64,000 nucleotides of DNA from Bacillota bacterium (lineage in GTDB: Bacteria > Bacillota > PH28-bin88), in the NCBI GenBank assembly GCA_040757295.1, contig JBFLXH010000009.1:3800-67799 (forward strand), given 5' to 3'. The position numbers were made by a program, and so were the translations under genes. The notes beneath the pieces are model-generated. The model was not told the origin of the DNA and did not search any database. It saw only the letters and a program-made list of their open reading frames with translations. How positions within the stretch are numbered: the first letter of the stretch is position 1; every line of letters begins with the position of its first letter. Below, one piece after another: positions 42,210-52,402 of the stretch.

Positions 42210-43094
42210 ATGATTTGCAGTATGACCGGATATGGCCGGGGGGAGGCTTCCAGCGAAAACCAAAGCGTGAGAGTGGAAATAAAGTCTGTTAACCATCGTT
42301 TCATTGATATATCCGTCCGCATGCCTAAAAAATATGGGGCCCTGGAGGAACGGATAAAAAAATTCCTTAAATCCTCTGTCTCCCGGGGTTATCTGGAAGT
42401 GTACTGCAATATTGAAGACGGGGCAGCAAAAAAGCGCAGTATTAAGGTTGACAAAGATCTTGCCGTAGCGTATCATCAATCTTTGAGGGAATTGGCTCAG
42501 ATTTTGGATCTGCCGGCTGATTTTGGACTGCTGGAAATTGCTCAGTTTCCCGGGGTCATCACAAGTGAGGACCCGGAAACCGATTTGGAAGACCTCTGGA
42601 TGTCGCTGGAGCAGGCATTAACCATGGCAGTGGCCGAAATGGTCCAGATGCGGTTGACTGAGGGCGCTAGCCTTGCCGCAGATTTGGTTTCCCGGGCCAA
42701 TTCCATCCGCAAAATGCTCATGGTAATCAGTGAACGTAGCCCTTTGGTGGTGGAAGAATATCGGGAGAGATTGACCCAGCGAACAAAAGAATGGCGCCAG
42801 GACTCGGGCATTGAGGTTGATCCTGCAAGGTTGGCGGCCGAAGTGGCTCTTTTTGCTGATAAAAGCAGTATCTCCGAAGAACTGGTGCGGCTGGAAAGCC
42901 ATTTGGTTCAATTGGAAAGAAGCCTTCAATTATCCGATCCGGTTGGACGCAAGTTGGATTTTTTGGTACAGGAAATGAATCGGGAAATAAATACCATTGG
43001 TTCCAAGGCAAGCGACCTGGTGATCAGCCAAGAGGTGGTTGCGGTCAAAAGTGAAATCGAAAAACTGCGGGAACAGGTGCAGAATATTGAATAA
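42210..43094 (+). CDS. YicC/YloC-family stress-induced protein
   Basis: N-terminus 'MICSMTGYGRGE' and C-terminal 'DISEELVRLESH' (DUF1732). ATG 42210 after GAGGGGGA. Confidence 0.85.
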   Translation: MICSMTGYGRGEASSENQSVRVEIKSVNHRFIDISVRMPKKYGALEERIKKFLKSSVSRGYLEVYCNIEDGAAKKRSIKVDKDLAVAYHQSLRELAQILDLPADFGLLEIAQFPGVITSEDPETDLEDLWMSLEQALTMAVAEMVQMRLTEGASLAADLVSRANSIRKMLMVISERSPLVVEEYRERLTQRTKEWRQDSGIEVDPARLAAEVALFADKSSISEELVRLESHLVQLERSLQLSDPVGRKLDFLVQEMNREINTIGSKASDLVISQEVVAVKSEIEKLREQVQNIE

Positions 43095-43138
43095 CAGCTG
43101 TTCCTAGGAATGCAGAATAATTAGCAGAGGTGAAATAA

Positions 43139-43414
43139 ATGGATATTAAACTTATTAACATTGGATTTGGCAACATTGTTTCAGCAAACCGGATTATTGC
43201 CATTGTGAGTCCCGAATCGGCTCCCATTAAGCGAATCATTCAGGAAGCCCGAGATCAAGGTGTCTTGATCGATGCAACCTATGGCCGCCGGACCAGGGCC
43301 GTAATCATAACTGACAGTGGTCATGTGGTCCTGTCTGCTGTGCAGCCCGAGACTGTTGCCCATCGCTTGAATGTTAAAGAAACCCACGCTTCCGGCCATG
43401 AAGCTGCCGACTAA
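43139..43414 (+). CDS. remA: RemA/YlzA (DUF370) biofilm-matrix regulatory protein
   Basis: '[41 protein letters not shown]' is near-identical to Bacillus RemA. Confidence 0.85.
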   Translation: MDIKLINIGFGNIVSANRIIAIVSPESAPIKRIIQEARDQGVLIDATYGRRTRAVIITDSGHVVLSAVQPETVAHRLNVKETHASGHEAAD

Positions 43415-43427
43415 AGCTGAGCCGCTG

Positions 43428-44012
43428 ATGCCAGGTTTGCTGGTGGTTGTCTCCGGTCCTTCAGGAGCTGGGAAGGGAACCTTGTGTAACGCCTTGCGGA
43501 GCGAATGGCCTCATTTAGGCTATTCGGTATCGGCAACTACCCGGCAACCCCGACCTGGTGAATCAAATGGAGTAAATTATTTTTTTTATACCCCGGCCCA
43601 GTTTACCACAATGATCGAGCAAAACCATTTTCTGGAATGGGCTTTTGTGTACGGCAACTATTACGGTACTCCGCGGGCATTTGTTGAGGAGAAACTATCT
43701 GCCGGGGAGGATGTGCTGCTGGAAATTGATATCCAGGGCGCTTTGCAGGTTAAAAAGCAGTACGACAAAGGGGTGTTTATTTTTGTTGCGCCGCCTTCAA
43801 TGGAAGAATTGCGTAGAAGGATAACCTTGCGCGGCACAGAACCACCCGATATTATCCGCCAGCGTTTGGAAGCTACTGCAACAGAAGTTGCCTACGCACC
43901 CCAGTATGATTATGTTGTAATCAATCAGGATTTGCGGGTAGCCGTTGAAGAGATAAAAGCCATTATCATTGCTGAAAAATGCCGTCCGTTTCGGCGCCCG
44001 ATTAGGCTGTAA
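43428..44012 (+). CDS. gmk: Guanylate kinase
   Basis: P-loop 'GPSGAGKGT' and 'YFFYTPAQF...NYYGTP' (GMP-binding). Confidence 0.9.
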   Translation: MPGLLVVVSGPSGAGKGTLCNALRSEWPHLGYSVSATTRQPRPGESNGVNYFFYTPAQFTTMIEQNHFLEWAFVYGNYYGTPRAFVEEKLSAGEDVLLEIDIQGALQVKKQYDKGVFIFVAPPSMEELRRRITLRGTEPPDIIRQRLEATATEVAYAPQYDYVVINQDLRVAVEEIKAIIIAEKCRPFRRPIRL

Positions 44013-44038
44013 CTTATTGCTAAAGGAGGCTCGAAGCT

Positions 44039-44242
44039 GTGAATCAACCAGCCCTAGATGAATTAATGAATAAAGTTGACAGCAAATATACCCTGGTGGT
44101 TGTTGCTGCAAAAAGAGCCAGGGTTTTGACCGAAAAAGGCAATTATGCAGCAGAAAAATCCACCAAAGCTGTGACCGTTGCTCTAAACGAAATTTCTCAG
44201 CGGAAGGTAAGTTTTGAGCGGACCAAAACCGGGATTAAGTAA
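44039..44242 (+). CDS. rpoZ: DNA-directed RNA polymerase subunit omega
   Basis: 'SKYTLVVVAAKRARVL' omega signature. 67 aa, GTG start. Confidence 0.85.
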   Translation: MNQPALDELMNKVDSKYTLVVVAAKRARVLTEKGNYAAEKSTKAVTVALNEISQRKVSFERTKTGIK

Positions 44243-44284
44243 TTGGCTAAAAAGCAAAAGTAGTATAGTTGGAGGTTTCCGGTA

Positions 44285-45523
44285 TTGTTGGGCAAAAGGA
44301 TATTAGTCGGCATCACAGGCGGAATTGCGGCATATAAAGCTGCAGATATTGTTAGCCGTTTAGTCAAAGAAGGCTCCATTGTTCAGCCTGTGATGACTGA
44401 ATCGGCTAAACATTTTATTGCCCCGCTAACGTTATCCACCCTCGCCGGCAGGCCTGTTTTGAGTGATATGTTTGCTGAAAGAATTCCCGGGGTCCAGCAT
44501 ATTGACCTCGCCCAAAACACAGACCTCTGCCTGATCGCCCCAGCTACTGCCAACATTATCGCAAAGATGGCTTTGGGTATCGCCGATGACCTCTTGAGTA
44601 CAGTTCTGCTGGCTGTGTCCTCCCCTGTGGTGGTTGCGCCAGCAATGAATGTAAACATGTACCAGCATCCGGCAGTGCAAGAGAACCTTGGGGTCCTGAT
44701 TAAGCGGGGTGTAAAGGTAGTTGAACCTGATTCAGGTAGACTGGCCTGCGGTATTGAAGGAAAAGGCCGCTTGGCTGACACTGAACGAATTATCCGGGAA
44801 GTAAAGTCCCTTTTGTTCCCTGTTATGGATTTGCAGGAAAAGACAGTCTTGGTTACTGCCGGGGGAACCAGAGAAGCTATCGACCCTGTGCGTTATATCG
44901 GTAATCGAAGTTCCGGCAAAATGGGACATGCCATTGCCATTGCTGCCATGAACAGAGGCGCCCGGGTGATCTTGGTTAACGGTTGTACCAGTCAACCTCC
45001 TCCAAACGGAGTAGAAGTTATCCAGGTGGAAAGTGCCCAGGACATGTATGAAGCCGTTCTCAAGGTTTTCGATGAAGCTGACATAGTTATTAAAGCTGCT
45101 GCCGTCGCTGATTACCGCATCAGTAATCCTGCTGACCATAAAATAAAGAAATCTGGGGATAACCTGGTTTTGGAACTGGAACCCACCATTGATATCCTTG
45201 GATCCATAGGGAAGCTGAAGAAGCCCCATCAAATAATAATTGGTTTTGCTGCGGAAACTGATGACCTTTTACATAACGCACTGCATAAGCTGCGGAAGAA
45301 GAACCTTGATTTGATTGTCGCGAATGATGTTACCCAGCTTGGGGCAGGATTCGAAACAGATACCAACATCGCAATCCTCTTAACTAAAGACGGAGCGAAA
45401 ATCTCATTGCCGATGATGACAAAACTCCAGTTAGCTCATAAAATTCTAGATCAGGTTCTGGATTATGATGCTGGAGCAACAAATCCTATTGATAGAATTA
45501 GGGAAGAGGAGGAGACGCAATGA
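44285..45523 (+). CDS. coaBC: Bifunctional phosphopantothenoylcysteine decarboxylase / phosphopantothenate-cysteine ligase
   Basis: Flavoprotein N-domain '[16 protein letters not shown]' and CoaB C-domain. 412 aa. Confidence 0.9.
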   Translation: MLGKRILVGITGGIAAYKAADIVSRLVKEGSIVQPVMTESAKHFIAPLTLSTLAGRPVLSDMFAERIPGVQHIDLAQNTDLCLIAPATANIIAKMALGIADDLLSTVLLAVSSPVVVAPAMNVNMYQHPAVQENLGVLIKRGVKVVEPDSGRLACGIEGKGRLADTERIIREVKSLLFPVMDLQEKTVLVTAGGTREAIDPVRYIGNRSSGKMGHAIAIAAMNRGARVILVNGCTSQPPPNGVEVIQVESAQDMYEAVLKVFDEADIVIKAAAVADYRISNPADHKIKKSGDNLVLELEPTIDILGSIGKLKKPHQIIIGFAAETDDLLHNALHKLRKKNLDLIVANDVTQLGAGFETDTNIAILLTKDGAKISLPMMTKLQLAHKILDQVLDYDAGATNPIDRIREEEETQ

Positions 45524-46710
45524 CCAGAAGGCTGTTTACATCTGAGTCAGTTACTGAAGGGCATCCGGATAAGATAGCAGACCAGATATCTGATGGAGTG
45601 CTGGATGCCATATTAGCCAAGGATCCGATGGCTCGGGTGGCTTGCGAAACGTCGGTTACAACAGGTTTAGTGTTGGTAGCCGGGGAGATTACGACTGACT
45701 GTTATGTGGATATTCCCAAAGTGGTTCGGGAAACCATTAGGAATATTGGCTATACCAGGGCGAAGTTTGGTTTTGATGCTGATACTTGTGCAGTGCTTAC
45801 CTCCATTGATGAACAGTCTCCTGACATCGCTATGGGGGTTAATTTGGCCCTAGAGGCCAGAATGGGAGAAATGACTGATGCCCAAATTGAGGCTATCGGC
45901 GCTGGTGACCAGGGGATGATGTTCGGCTTTGCCACCAACGAAACAAAGGAGTACATGCCATTACCCATTTCCCTTGCCCACGCCTTGACCCGCAGGCTGG
46001 CGGAATGCCGGAGGACTCGCTTGCTGCCTTACTTGCGCCCCGATGGTAAATCCCAGGTCACAGTTGAATATGAAAATGACCGCCCCATTCGGGTGGATAC
46101 GGTTGTAATTGCTACCCAACACCGGCCGGATGTGGATATGGATACACTAAAGAATGATATTCTGGAGAAAGTTGTCAAACCTGTTATTCCAGCTGAACTA
46201 CTTGATGACAAGACCCGGTATTTTATTAACCCCACCGGACGGTTTGTAATCGGCGGACCGCAGGGAGATGCCGGTCTGACAGGGCGTAAAATAATCGTTG
46301 ATACCTATGGAGGTATGGCCAGGCATGGTGGTGGGGCTTTTTCCGGAAAAGATCCTACTAAGGTAGACCGCTCCGGAGCCTATGCCGCTCGCTATGTGGC
46401 CAAAAACCTGGTGGCAGCAGGGTTGGCTGACCGCTGTGAGGTTCAACTGGCTTATGCCATCGGAGTTGCCCGCCCGGTATCCATAATGGTCGAGACCTTT
46501 AGTACCGGCAAGGTAAGCGAAACGGAATTAATCAAACTAATTCAGTCCCATTTCGATTTGCGGCCAGCTGGGATTATTAAGGAACTCAACCTTAGGCGGC
46601 CAATTTACCAGCAGATAGCTGCTTATGGCCATTTCGGCCGCCCGGACCTTGACCTGCCCTGGGAAAAAACGGACAAAGCCTCTGTCCTGCGCCAGCAGGC
46701 CGGAATATAA
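45520..46710 (+). CDS. metK: S-adenosylmethionine synthetase
   Basis: '[21 protein letters not shown]', '[12 protein letters not shown]' and '[16 protein letters not shown]'. Confidence 0.95.
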   Translation: MTRRLFTSESVTEGHPDKIADQISDGVLDAILAKDPMARVACETSVTTGLVLVAGEITTDCYVDIPKVVRETIRNIGYTRAKFGFDADTCAVLTSIDEQSPDIAMGVNLALEARMGEMTDAQIEAIGAGDQGMMFGFATNETKEYMPLPISLAHALTRRLAECRRTRLLPYLRPDGKSQVTVEYENDRPIRVDTVVIATQHRPDVDMDTLKNDILEKVVKPVIPAELLDDKTRYFINPTGRFVIGGPQGDAGLTGRKIIVDTYGGMARHGGGAFSGKDPTKVDRSGAYAARYVAKNLVAAGLADRCEVQLAYAIGVARPVSIMVETFSTGKVSETELIKLIQSHFDLRPAGIIKELNLRRPIYQQIAAYGHFGRPDLDLPWEKTDKASVLRQQAGI

Positions 46711-46762
46711 TGCAACAAAAAGAAGCAAACACACAGTGGGTGGGATGAAGTGGCTGCCTCTT

Positions 46763-46788
46763 GCTGCAGGTTCGCCTGCAGTTTTTTT
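46763..46788 (+). terminator. Intrinsic terminator after metK
   Basis: ctgcagg-ttcg-cctgcag followed by T8. Confidence 0.7.
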
Positions 46789-46916
46789 TACCCTGCGGTG
46801 TGCGCGTGCCAGAGAAAAATGTACGCGCGGGATGAACATATTGCAGGAAGATGGCTTTTGCTGCCGAATAGATGATTTTAATTCTTTAACTACCTAAAGC
46901 GGAGAGGGGAACTATA

Positions 46917-48098
46917 TTGAAAACAGCTCAAAGACTTAATTTGCTGCAAACCGAAAATGCTTTCGAAGTACTGGCTGAAGTAAGAAAACTCGCGGCTGCC
47001 GGACGGGACATTGTTAGTTTTGCTATCGGAGAGCCGGATTTCGATACGCCAGAAAACATCAAGCAAGCGGGAATCAAGGCTATTGAAGAAAATCAGACCC
47101 ATTACAGCCCTGCAGGGGGATTGTCTGAGTTGAGGGAAGCCATAGCTGCCTATTACAGCCGGACCCGGGGAATAAATGTATCTCCAGGTCATGTTGTGGT
47201 TACCCCCGGCGCGAAGCCCATTATTCTATATTCCTTGCTGGCCTGTGTAGACCCAGGGGATGAAGTAATTTACCCCAATCCGGGGTTTCCCATTTATCAG
47301 TCCCTGATCGGGTTCCTGGGAGCCAAGGCTGTTCCAGTGCCTGTCAGAGAGATTGCCGGGCAGTTTACCATTGATCCGGAAGAACTGAAATCTTTAGTAA
47401 CCGACAAGACCAAAATGATTATCATTAATTCACCCCATAACCCTACCGGAGGGGTGCTGCAGCTTGAAGTGCTTGCGGCTGTTGCAAAAATTGCTATGGA
47501 AAAAAACCTGTGGGTCCTGTCAGATGAGATTTACTCAAGGATTATCTACCAGAACAGATTTCACAGCATTGCCAGTTTGCCCGGCATGCAGGAAAGAACC
47601 ATTATTCTGGACGGTTTTTCCAAAACCTATGCCATGACCGGGTGGCGGATCGGCTTTGGCGTAATGAACGACGAGTTGGCCCACTGGGTGACCCGCATCC
47701 AGATCAATAACGAGTCCTGTGTAGCTACCTTTACTCAGTATGCCGCCAGGGAAGCGATTACCGGACCCCAGGTCGGAAGTGAAGAGATCATCCGCGAGTT
47801 TGCTGTTCGGAAGGATTTGATTGTAAGGGAGCTGTCCCAAATTCCCGGCTTGAAATGCCCTATTCCCCAGGGAGCGTTTTATGTCTATCCCAATGTAACT
47901 GAGGTGTGTCAGCGCATGGGACTGAAAGACTCCAAGGAACTGCAGCAGACCCTCTTAAACGACGGAAATGTGGCGGTTCTGCCTGGTAGTGCCTTCGGGC
48001 CCAAAAATGATGACCAAGAATATATCCGTCTTTCCTTCGCTACTTCCCAAGACAATATTATGGAGGGAATTCGCCGCATGAAACAGATAATGTGTTAA
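46917..48098 (+). CDS. Class I/II (aspartate-family) PLP aminotransferase
   Basis: 393 aa with AAT-like fold and lysine context 'SKTYAMTGWRIG'. Confidence 0.85.
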   Translation: MKTAQRLNLLQTENAFEVLAEVRKLAAAGRDIVSFAIGEPDFDTPENIKQAGIKAIEENQTHYSPAGGLSELREAIAAYYSRTRGINVSPGHVVVTPGAKPIILYSLLACVDPGDEVIYPNPGFPIYQSLIGFLGAKAVPVPVREIAGQFTIDPEELKSLVTDKTKMIIINSPHNPTGGVLQLEVLAAVAKIAMEKNLWVLSDEIYSRIIYQNRFHSIASLPGMQERTIILDGFSKTYAMTGWRIGFGVMNDELAHWVTRIQINNESCVATFTQYAAREAITGPQVGSEEIIREFAVRKDLIVRELSQIPGLKCPIPQGAFYVYPNVTEVCQRMGLKDSKELQQTLLNDGNVAVLPGSAFGPKNDDQEYIRLSFATSQDNIMEGIRRMKQIMC

Positions 48099-48174
48099 CA
48101 GTTGGGGGTTTTCTGCCACATTAACATAACAGGAATCATTTGTTCATGCAGTTTTTTCTCCTGCACTAACTCAC

Positions 48175-48207
48175 CCAAGGATTACCTCCTTGGGTTTATT
48201 TTTTTAT
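48175..48207 (+). terminator. Intrinsic terminator (first of two in tandem)
   Basis: cccaagga-ttacc-tccttggg followed by a T-rich run. Confidence 0.65.
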
Positions 48208-48245
48208 CCCCTTATCAAGTATCATTAGAAAAAACTAAGTCCATA

Positions 48246-48272
48246 TCCAAGGAATAACCCCTTGGATTTTTC
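48246..48272 (+). terminator. Second tandem intrinsic terminator
   Basis: tccaagg-aataacc-ccttgga followed by T5. Confidence 0.55.
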
Positions 48273-48516
48273 TTGCCAACAAATTGAAAATAAAGAGCAG
48301 GATATTTTAAATCTGTGTGGAATATTACTCGTGCAGGAAATGCTGCGTTCCTTTGTTGTTTTGGCAGAAAAAATGTCGCAATCGTCCTAATCCTGTTCTA
48401 ACAAGCTATAAAGAATATTAAAGAATTCATTAAGGAGGTGAGGAAGTAGCAGGAGCCGTTTGATTTTCAGCTGCATGCATCGTAAGAAGGGATTATTTTA
48501 TCGGGAGGTTGAAAAG

Positions 48517-49524
48517 ATGAGAAGAAGACATTTGGTTTGGATGGTAATTGGGCTTTTAATTTTAAGCGTGGCTCTCGCTGGCTGCGGCGGCAGCAAGCAG
48601 CAGGCATCCGATCAAAAACCCGCTCCCGTCAAAAAACTGGAGCTCTTAATGGCCACCGGCGGGACTGCCGGAACCTACTATCCCCTGGGAGGCGCAATTG
48701 CCCAGGTTTGGAACTCCAGCTACGACAAGGTTAATGTGACTGTCCAGTCCAGCGGAGCTTCCGCGGAAAACGTTCGCCTTTTGGACAGCAAAAATGCCGA
48801 CTTGGCTCTGGCTATGAATAACATTGCCGAAGATGCTTATAAAGGTGTTGGTTCCTTTAAGGAAGGCGCCAAGAGAAACTTCCTGGCCATTGGCGTGATT
48901 TACCCCGAGGTCATGCAGGGATTTGTCAATGCTGACAGCAACATCCAAACCATTGCCGATTTGAAAGGCAAGAAAGTTGCTGTTGGCCCGACCGGTAGCG
49001 GTACCGCCATCACTACCCAAGCAATTGTAAATGCCTATGGCCTGGATTTTGTCGACAGAAAAGACTTTGAACCGGTTTATGCCACCTTTGCTGATGCCGT
49101 CAACATGTTCAAGGATAACCAGATTGACGCCGCCTGGAATGCCCTGGCTGCTCCGGCTTCCGCCATTGTTGACGTAACTACCACCAAGAACATCCGCTTC
49201 CTGGAAATCACTGGCGAACAACTGGCAAAACTGCAAAAGCAGTTCCCGCTGGTAGCTCCTTATGTTATTCCCGCCGGTACCTATAAGGGAGTAGATAAGG
49301 ATGTTCACACCGTTGCCCTGCAGGCTGCCTTGTATGTCCGCGCAGACATGGACGAAGAAACCGTCTACAACCTGACCAAGATCCTGTACGAAAAAGGTGA
49401 CGATATTACCAAAGGCCATGCCATGGGTAAACACATCCAACTAAAAACTGCTCTTGACGGGATCACCACTCCCTTGCACCCGGGAGCTGCCAAGTACTTT
49501 AAAGAAAAGGGTCTCCTAAAGTAA
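48517..49524 (+). CDS. TAXI-family TRAP transporter solute-binding lipoprotein (system 1)
   Basis: Lipobox 'LAGCGG' and 'MATGGTAGTYYPLGGAIA' TAXI signature. ATG 48517 after GGGAGGT; the ORF-track 48460 start is an extension. Confidence 0.85.
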   Translation: MRRRHLVWMVIGLLILSVALAGCGGSKQQASDQKPAPVKKLELLMATGGTAGTYYPLGGAIAQVWNSSYDKVNVTVQSSGASAENVRLLDSKNADLALAMNNIAEDAYKGVGSFKEGAKRNFLAIGVIYPEVMQGFVNADSNIQTIADLKGKKVAVGPTGSGTAITTQAIVNAYGLDFVDRKDFEPVYATFADAVNMFKDNQIDAAWNALAAPASAIVDVTTTKNIRFLEITGEQLAKLQKQFPLVAPYVIPAGTYKGVDKDVHTVALQAALYVRADMDEETVYNLTKILYEKGDDITKGHAMGKHIQLKTALDGITTPLHPGAAKYFKEKGLLK

Positions 49525-49571
49525 AAAGGGGGATTAAGGCCGGGTCTTAATAACCCGGCCTTATTCAAATT

Positions 49572-50087
49572 ATGAAAACAACACGGTGGCTAGCCGTATT
49601 GATAGCGCTTTTCATGGCAGGCTCTTTCCCCTTGACTGTGCTGGAGGTGGCTAGAGGGCGCACCGGGGAAGTGCTGTACCGTTACCCTGTGCGTAGGGGA
49701 GAGGAATTCAAGCTTATTTTCACCCATTCCGTCACCCTGAGGCAGATTGAAGAAATCTACCGGGTTACCGCTGACAGGCAGATCGCCATCAAAGAAATGG
49801 TTTTTGACGAACCCGGCCCCAATCTGCCCGCATCCCCTGAAGGAAATACCAAGTGGATTTTTGAAAAAGACCACTGGCGGGTAGTGGACTATGATACGGT
49901 TTTACCGGAGATCCCCCTGTTGGTAGCCCAGCAGGTCGCTGATCACCGGCTGAAAATCGGTGGCAAAATTGTCTCTCTGGTCCAGTTGGCCGGTCCGGGC
50001 CAGGATATAAAAATAAGGGCAGCCCGTGTGTCAATCGCGGAGTTTGCATGGAAAGGGGGTTTCGCATGGCTAAACCCGAAGAAGTAA
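49572..50087 (+). CDS. DUF1850-domain protein (TAXI-TRAP accessory)
   Basis: 171 aa with N-terminal TM; occupies the position typical of DUF1850 between TAXI SBP and permease. Confidence 0.6.
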   Translation: MKTTRWLAVLIALFMAGSFPLTVLEVARGRTGEVLYRYPVRRGEEFKLIFTHSVTLRQIEEIYRVTADRQIAIKEMVFDEPGPNLPASPEGNTKWIFEKDHWRVVDYDTVLPEIPLLVAQQVADHRLKIGGKIVSLVQLAGPGQDIKIRAARVSIAEFAWKGGFAWLNPKK

Positions 50088-52024
50088 TGGATGTTAAAAA
50101 ACAGGAAGAATTAATGGCTAAATATGACCGCGAGTATTCTTACCGGCGGCTGCAAGGCATCATGGCGCGGGTAGTTGCTGTGATTGCGATAGTCTGGGCC
50201 TTATTCCAGCTTCGCACAGCCGCTTTGGGGGTTTTTCCTCCTACCCTGCAGCGGGCGCCCCACTTGGGATTTGCTCTGGTTTTAGTCTTTTTGCTATATC
50301 CTTTTAAGCGCGGCGACCGGCGGAACACTATTCCCTGGTACGATTATTTGTTGGCCACCCTATCCGCAGTCGCTACGGGGTACCATGTAGTCTTTTATGA
50401 AGAATTAATCCATCGGGCAGGGGCTTACACTCTGCAGGATACTATTATTTCTGCAATAGGGATTCTCCTGGTGCTGGAGGCTACCCGGCGGGTAGCCGGG
50501 CCGGTCTTGGTCTCAGTGGCCAGCTTGGCCCTGCTGTACGGCTATTTTGGGCCATATATGCCCGGCTTCCTGGCTCACCGGGGTTATACCATCACCAGGA
50601 TTGTAACCCACAGCTTTATCTCCACCGAGGGCATTTTCGGAGTGCCTATTGCGGTTTCCTCAACCTTTATCTTCCTGTTCTTGGTTTTTGCCACCTTTTT
50701 GCGTAAAACCGGAATAGGGGAATGGCTGACTAACCTGGCTGTGTCCTTGACAGGCCACACTTCCGGCGGGCCGGCTAAAGCAGCTGTTGTGGCCAGCGCC
50801 TGTCAGGGTACGGTGTCCGGCAGTTCAGTGGCTAATGTGGTGGGAACCGGATCCGTCACCATCCCTTTGATGAAGAGTATCGGCTACAGGAAAGAGTTTG
50901 CCGGCGCAGTGGAGGCGGCTGCCTCTACCGGAGGACAGTTAATGCCGCCGATTATGGGCGCCGCAGCCTTTATCATGACAGAGTTTACCGGTTTGCCTTA
51001 CATCAAAATCGCTGCGGCTGCAGCTATTCCGGCCATCCTTTATTTTACCGGCGTCTTTGTGATGGTGCACTTGGAGGCCAAGCGCACCGGCCTTAAGGGC
51101 ATGCCTAAAGAACAATTGCCCAATGCTGGGTTATTATTAAAGACAAAATGGTATTTGCTGCTGCCGATTGTTGGGATAGTGGTCTTCCTGATAAAAGGCT
51201 TTACCCCCATGAAGGCAGCCTATTATGGTATTCTCCTTACCATAGGCGTCAGTTTGATCAGCAAAGATACCCGGTTGAATTTCCGCCAGCTGTTGCAGGC
51301 CCTGGAGGAAGGCGCCCGTGGCGCGGTCCCTGTGGCGGCAGCCTGTGCCACGGCGGGTGTGCTGGTTGGAATTATTACCTTGACCGGCTTGGGGTTGAAA
51401 ATGGCCAATGGGATTATTGATCTTTCCCAGGGCAGTGTCTATCTTACGATGATGTTTACCATGGTCGCTTCCATCATCCTGGGAATGGGAGTGCCGACAA
51501 CCGCCAACTATATCATCCAGGCCACCATTGCTGCACCGGCCCTGATGGCTGTTGGGGTGCCCTTGATTGCCGCTCACTTGTTTGTGTTTTATTTCGGTAT
51601 TATTGCCGACATTACCCCGCCGGTAGCCCTGGCAGCCTTTGCTGCTTCCGGGATTTCCGGTTCGGAACCTATGAAAACAGGCTTTAATGCCTTTAAGCTG
51701 GCTTTTGCAGCGTACCTGGTCCCTTTTATTTTTGCTACTTCACCTGTTCTGGTGCTGGTTGATGCAACTGCCCCTGCCGTTATTAAGGCCATGATCACCG
51801 CCCTAATCGGCATGATCGGCATCGGTGGCGGGTTAACCGGTTACCTTTTAACAAATGCCAAAATATGGGAGCGACTCTTCCTAATCGTCGGAGGAGTGCT
51901 TTTAGTCAGCCCTGAAACAGTGACAGACCTGGTTGGTGTGGTTCTGGTTGGTCTGGGGTATGCCCTGCAGTTTATGCGATCAAGCCGTAAACTTGGCAGC
52001 CAGTCGCCTGATTTAGCTCAGTAA
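50066..52024 (+). CDS. TRAP transporter fused permease (TAXI type, DctQ-DctM fusion; system 1)
   Basis: ~650 aa polytopic. Paralogous to the 57539 permease (shared 'FQL..T..GVF' and 'ASTGGQ' blocks). Confidence 0.85.
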   Translation: MAKPEEVMDVKKQEELMAKYDREYSYRRLQGIMARVVAVIAIVWALFQLRTAALGVFPPTLQRAPHLGFALVLVFLLYPFKRGDRRNTIPWYDYLLATLSAVATGYHVVFYEELIHRAGAYTLQDTIISAIGILLVLEATRRVAGPVLVSVASLALLYGYFGPYMPGFLAHRGYTITRIVTHSFISTEGIFGVPIAVSSTFIFLFLVFATFLRKTGIGEWLTNLAVSLTGHTSGGPAKAAVVASACQGTVSGSSVANVVGTGSVTIPLMKSIGYRKEFAGAVEAAASTGGQLMPPIMGAAAFIMTEFTGLPYIKIAAAAAIPAILYFTGVFVMVHLEAKRTGLKGMPKEQLPNAGLLLKTKWYLLLPIVGIVVFLIKGFTPMKAAYYGILLTIGVSLISKDTRLNFRQLLQALEEGARGAVPVAAACATAGVLVGIITLTGLGLKMANGIIDLSQGSVYLTMMFTMVASIILGMGVPTTANYIIQATIAAPALMAVGVPLIAAHLFVFYFGIIADITPPVALAAFAASGISGSEPMKTGFNAFKLAFAAYLVPFIFATSPVLVLVDATAPAVIKAMITALIGMIGIGGGLTGYLLTNAKIWERLFLIVGGVLLVSPETVTDLVGVVLVGLGYALQFMRSSRKLGSQSPDLAQ

Positions 52025-52032
52025 CCAGTTAA

Positions 52033-52058
52033 AGGCCGCGGCAACGCGGTCTTTTCCT
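52033..52058 (+). terminator. Probable intrinsic terminator after TRAP permease 1
   Basis: ggccgcg-gcaa-cgcggtc (one G-U pair) followed by TTTTCCTTT. Confidence 0.45.
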
Positions 52059-52402
52059 TTGAATTTTTATCGATAATTCTAATTACCTGAGCCTTTTCTT
52101 AAGGGTTCTTGTCTCGGGGATTTTTTTCAACCAAAAAGGGGTAGTCATATGAGTGATTATCTGTAGTGAACCCCGTTGTCAAGACATTTTCGCGAAAAGT
52201 TATTTCGTTCCAGCCCCTGTAAGCCCTGATATGTCTGCGTTTTAAAAGTCGTGCGTCAGCTCTGGTAAAAAAATTAAAAAAAATTCTTCACGGCGGCAGG
52301 AAATTTTCCAGGGACTGCCGAATATGGGCAACTAGCGAAGGAATTCATGCATAAAATGCACTGGGTAGACGAAAATCCTTCATGCTAAGGGAGTGAAAAG
52401 CA

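Noticed and set aside
45300-45520. SAM riboswitch expected upstream of metK
   Set aside because: metK overlaps coaBC by 4 nt with no leader, so there is no room for an S-box; it is apparently co-transcribed with coaBC here.
48646-49440. 264-aa minus-strand ORF antisense to TAXI binding protein 1
   Set aside because: Gly/Asn-rich shadow frame of a well-supported lipoprotein gene.
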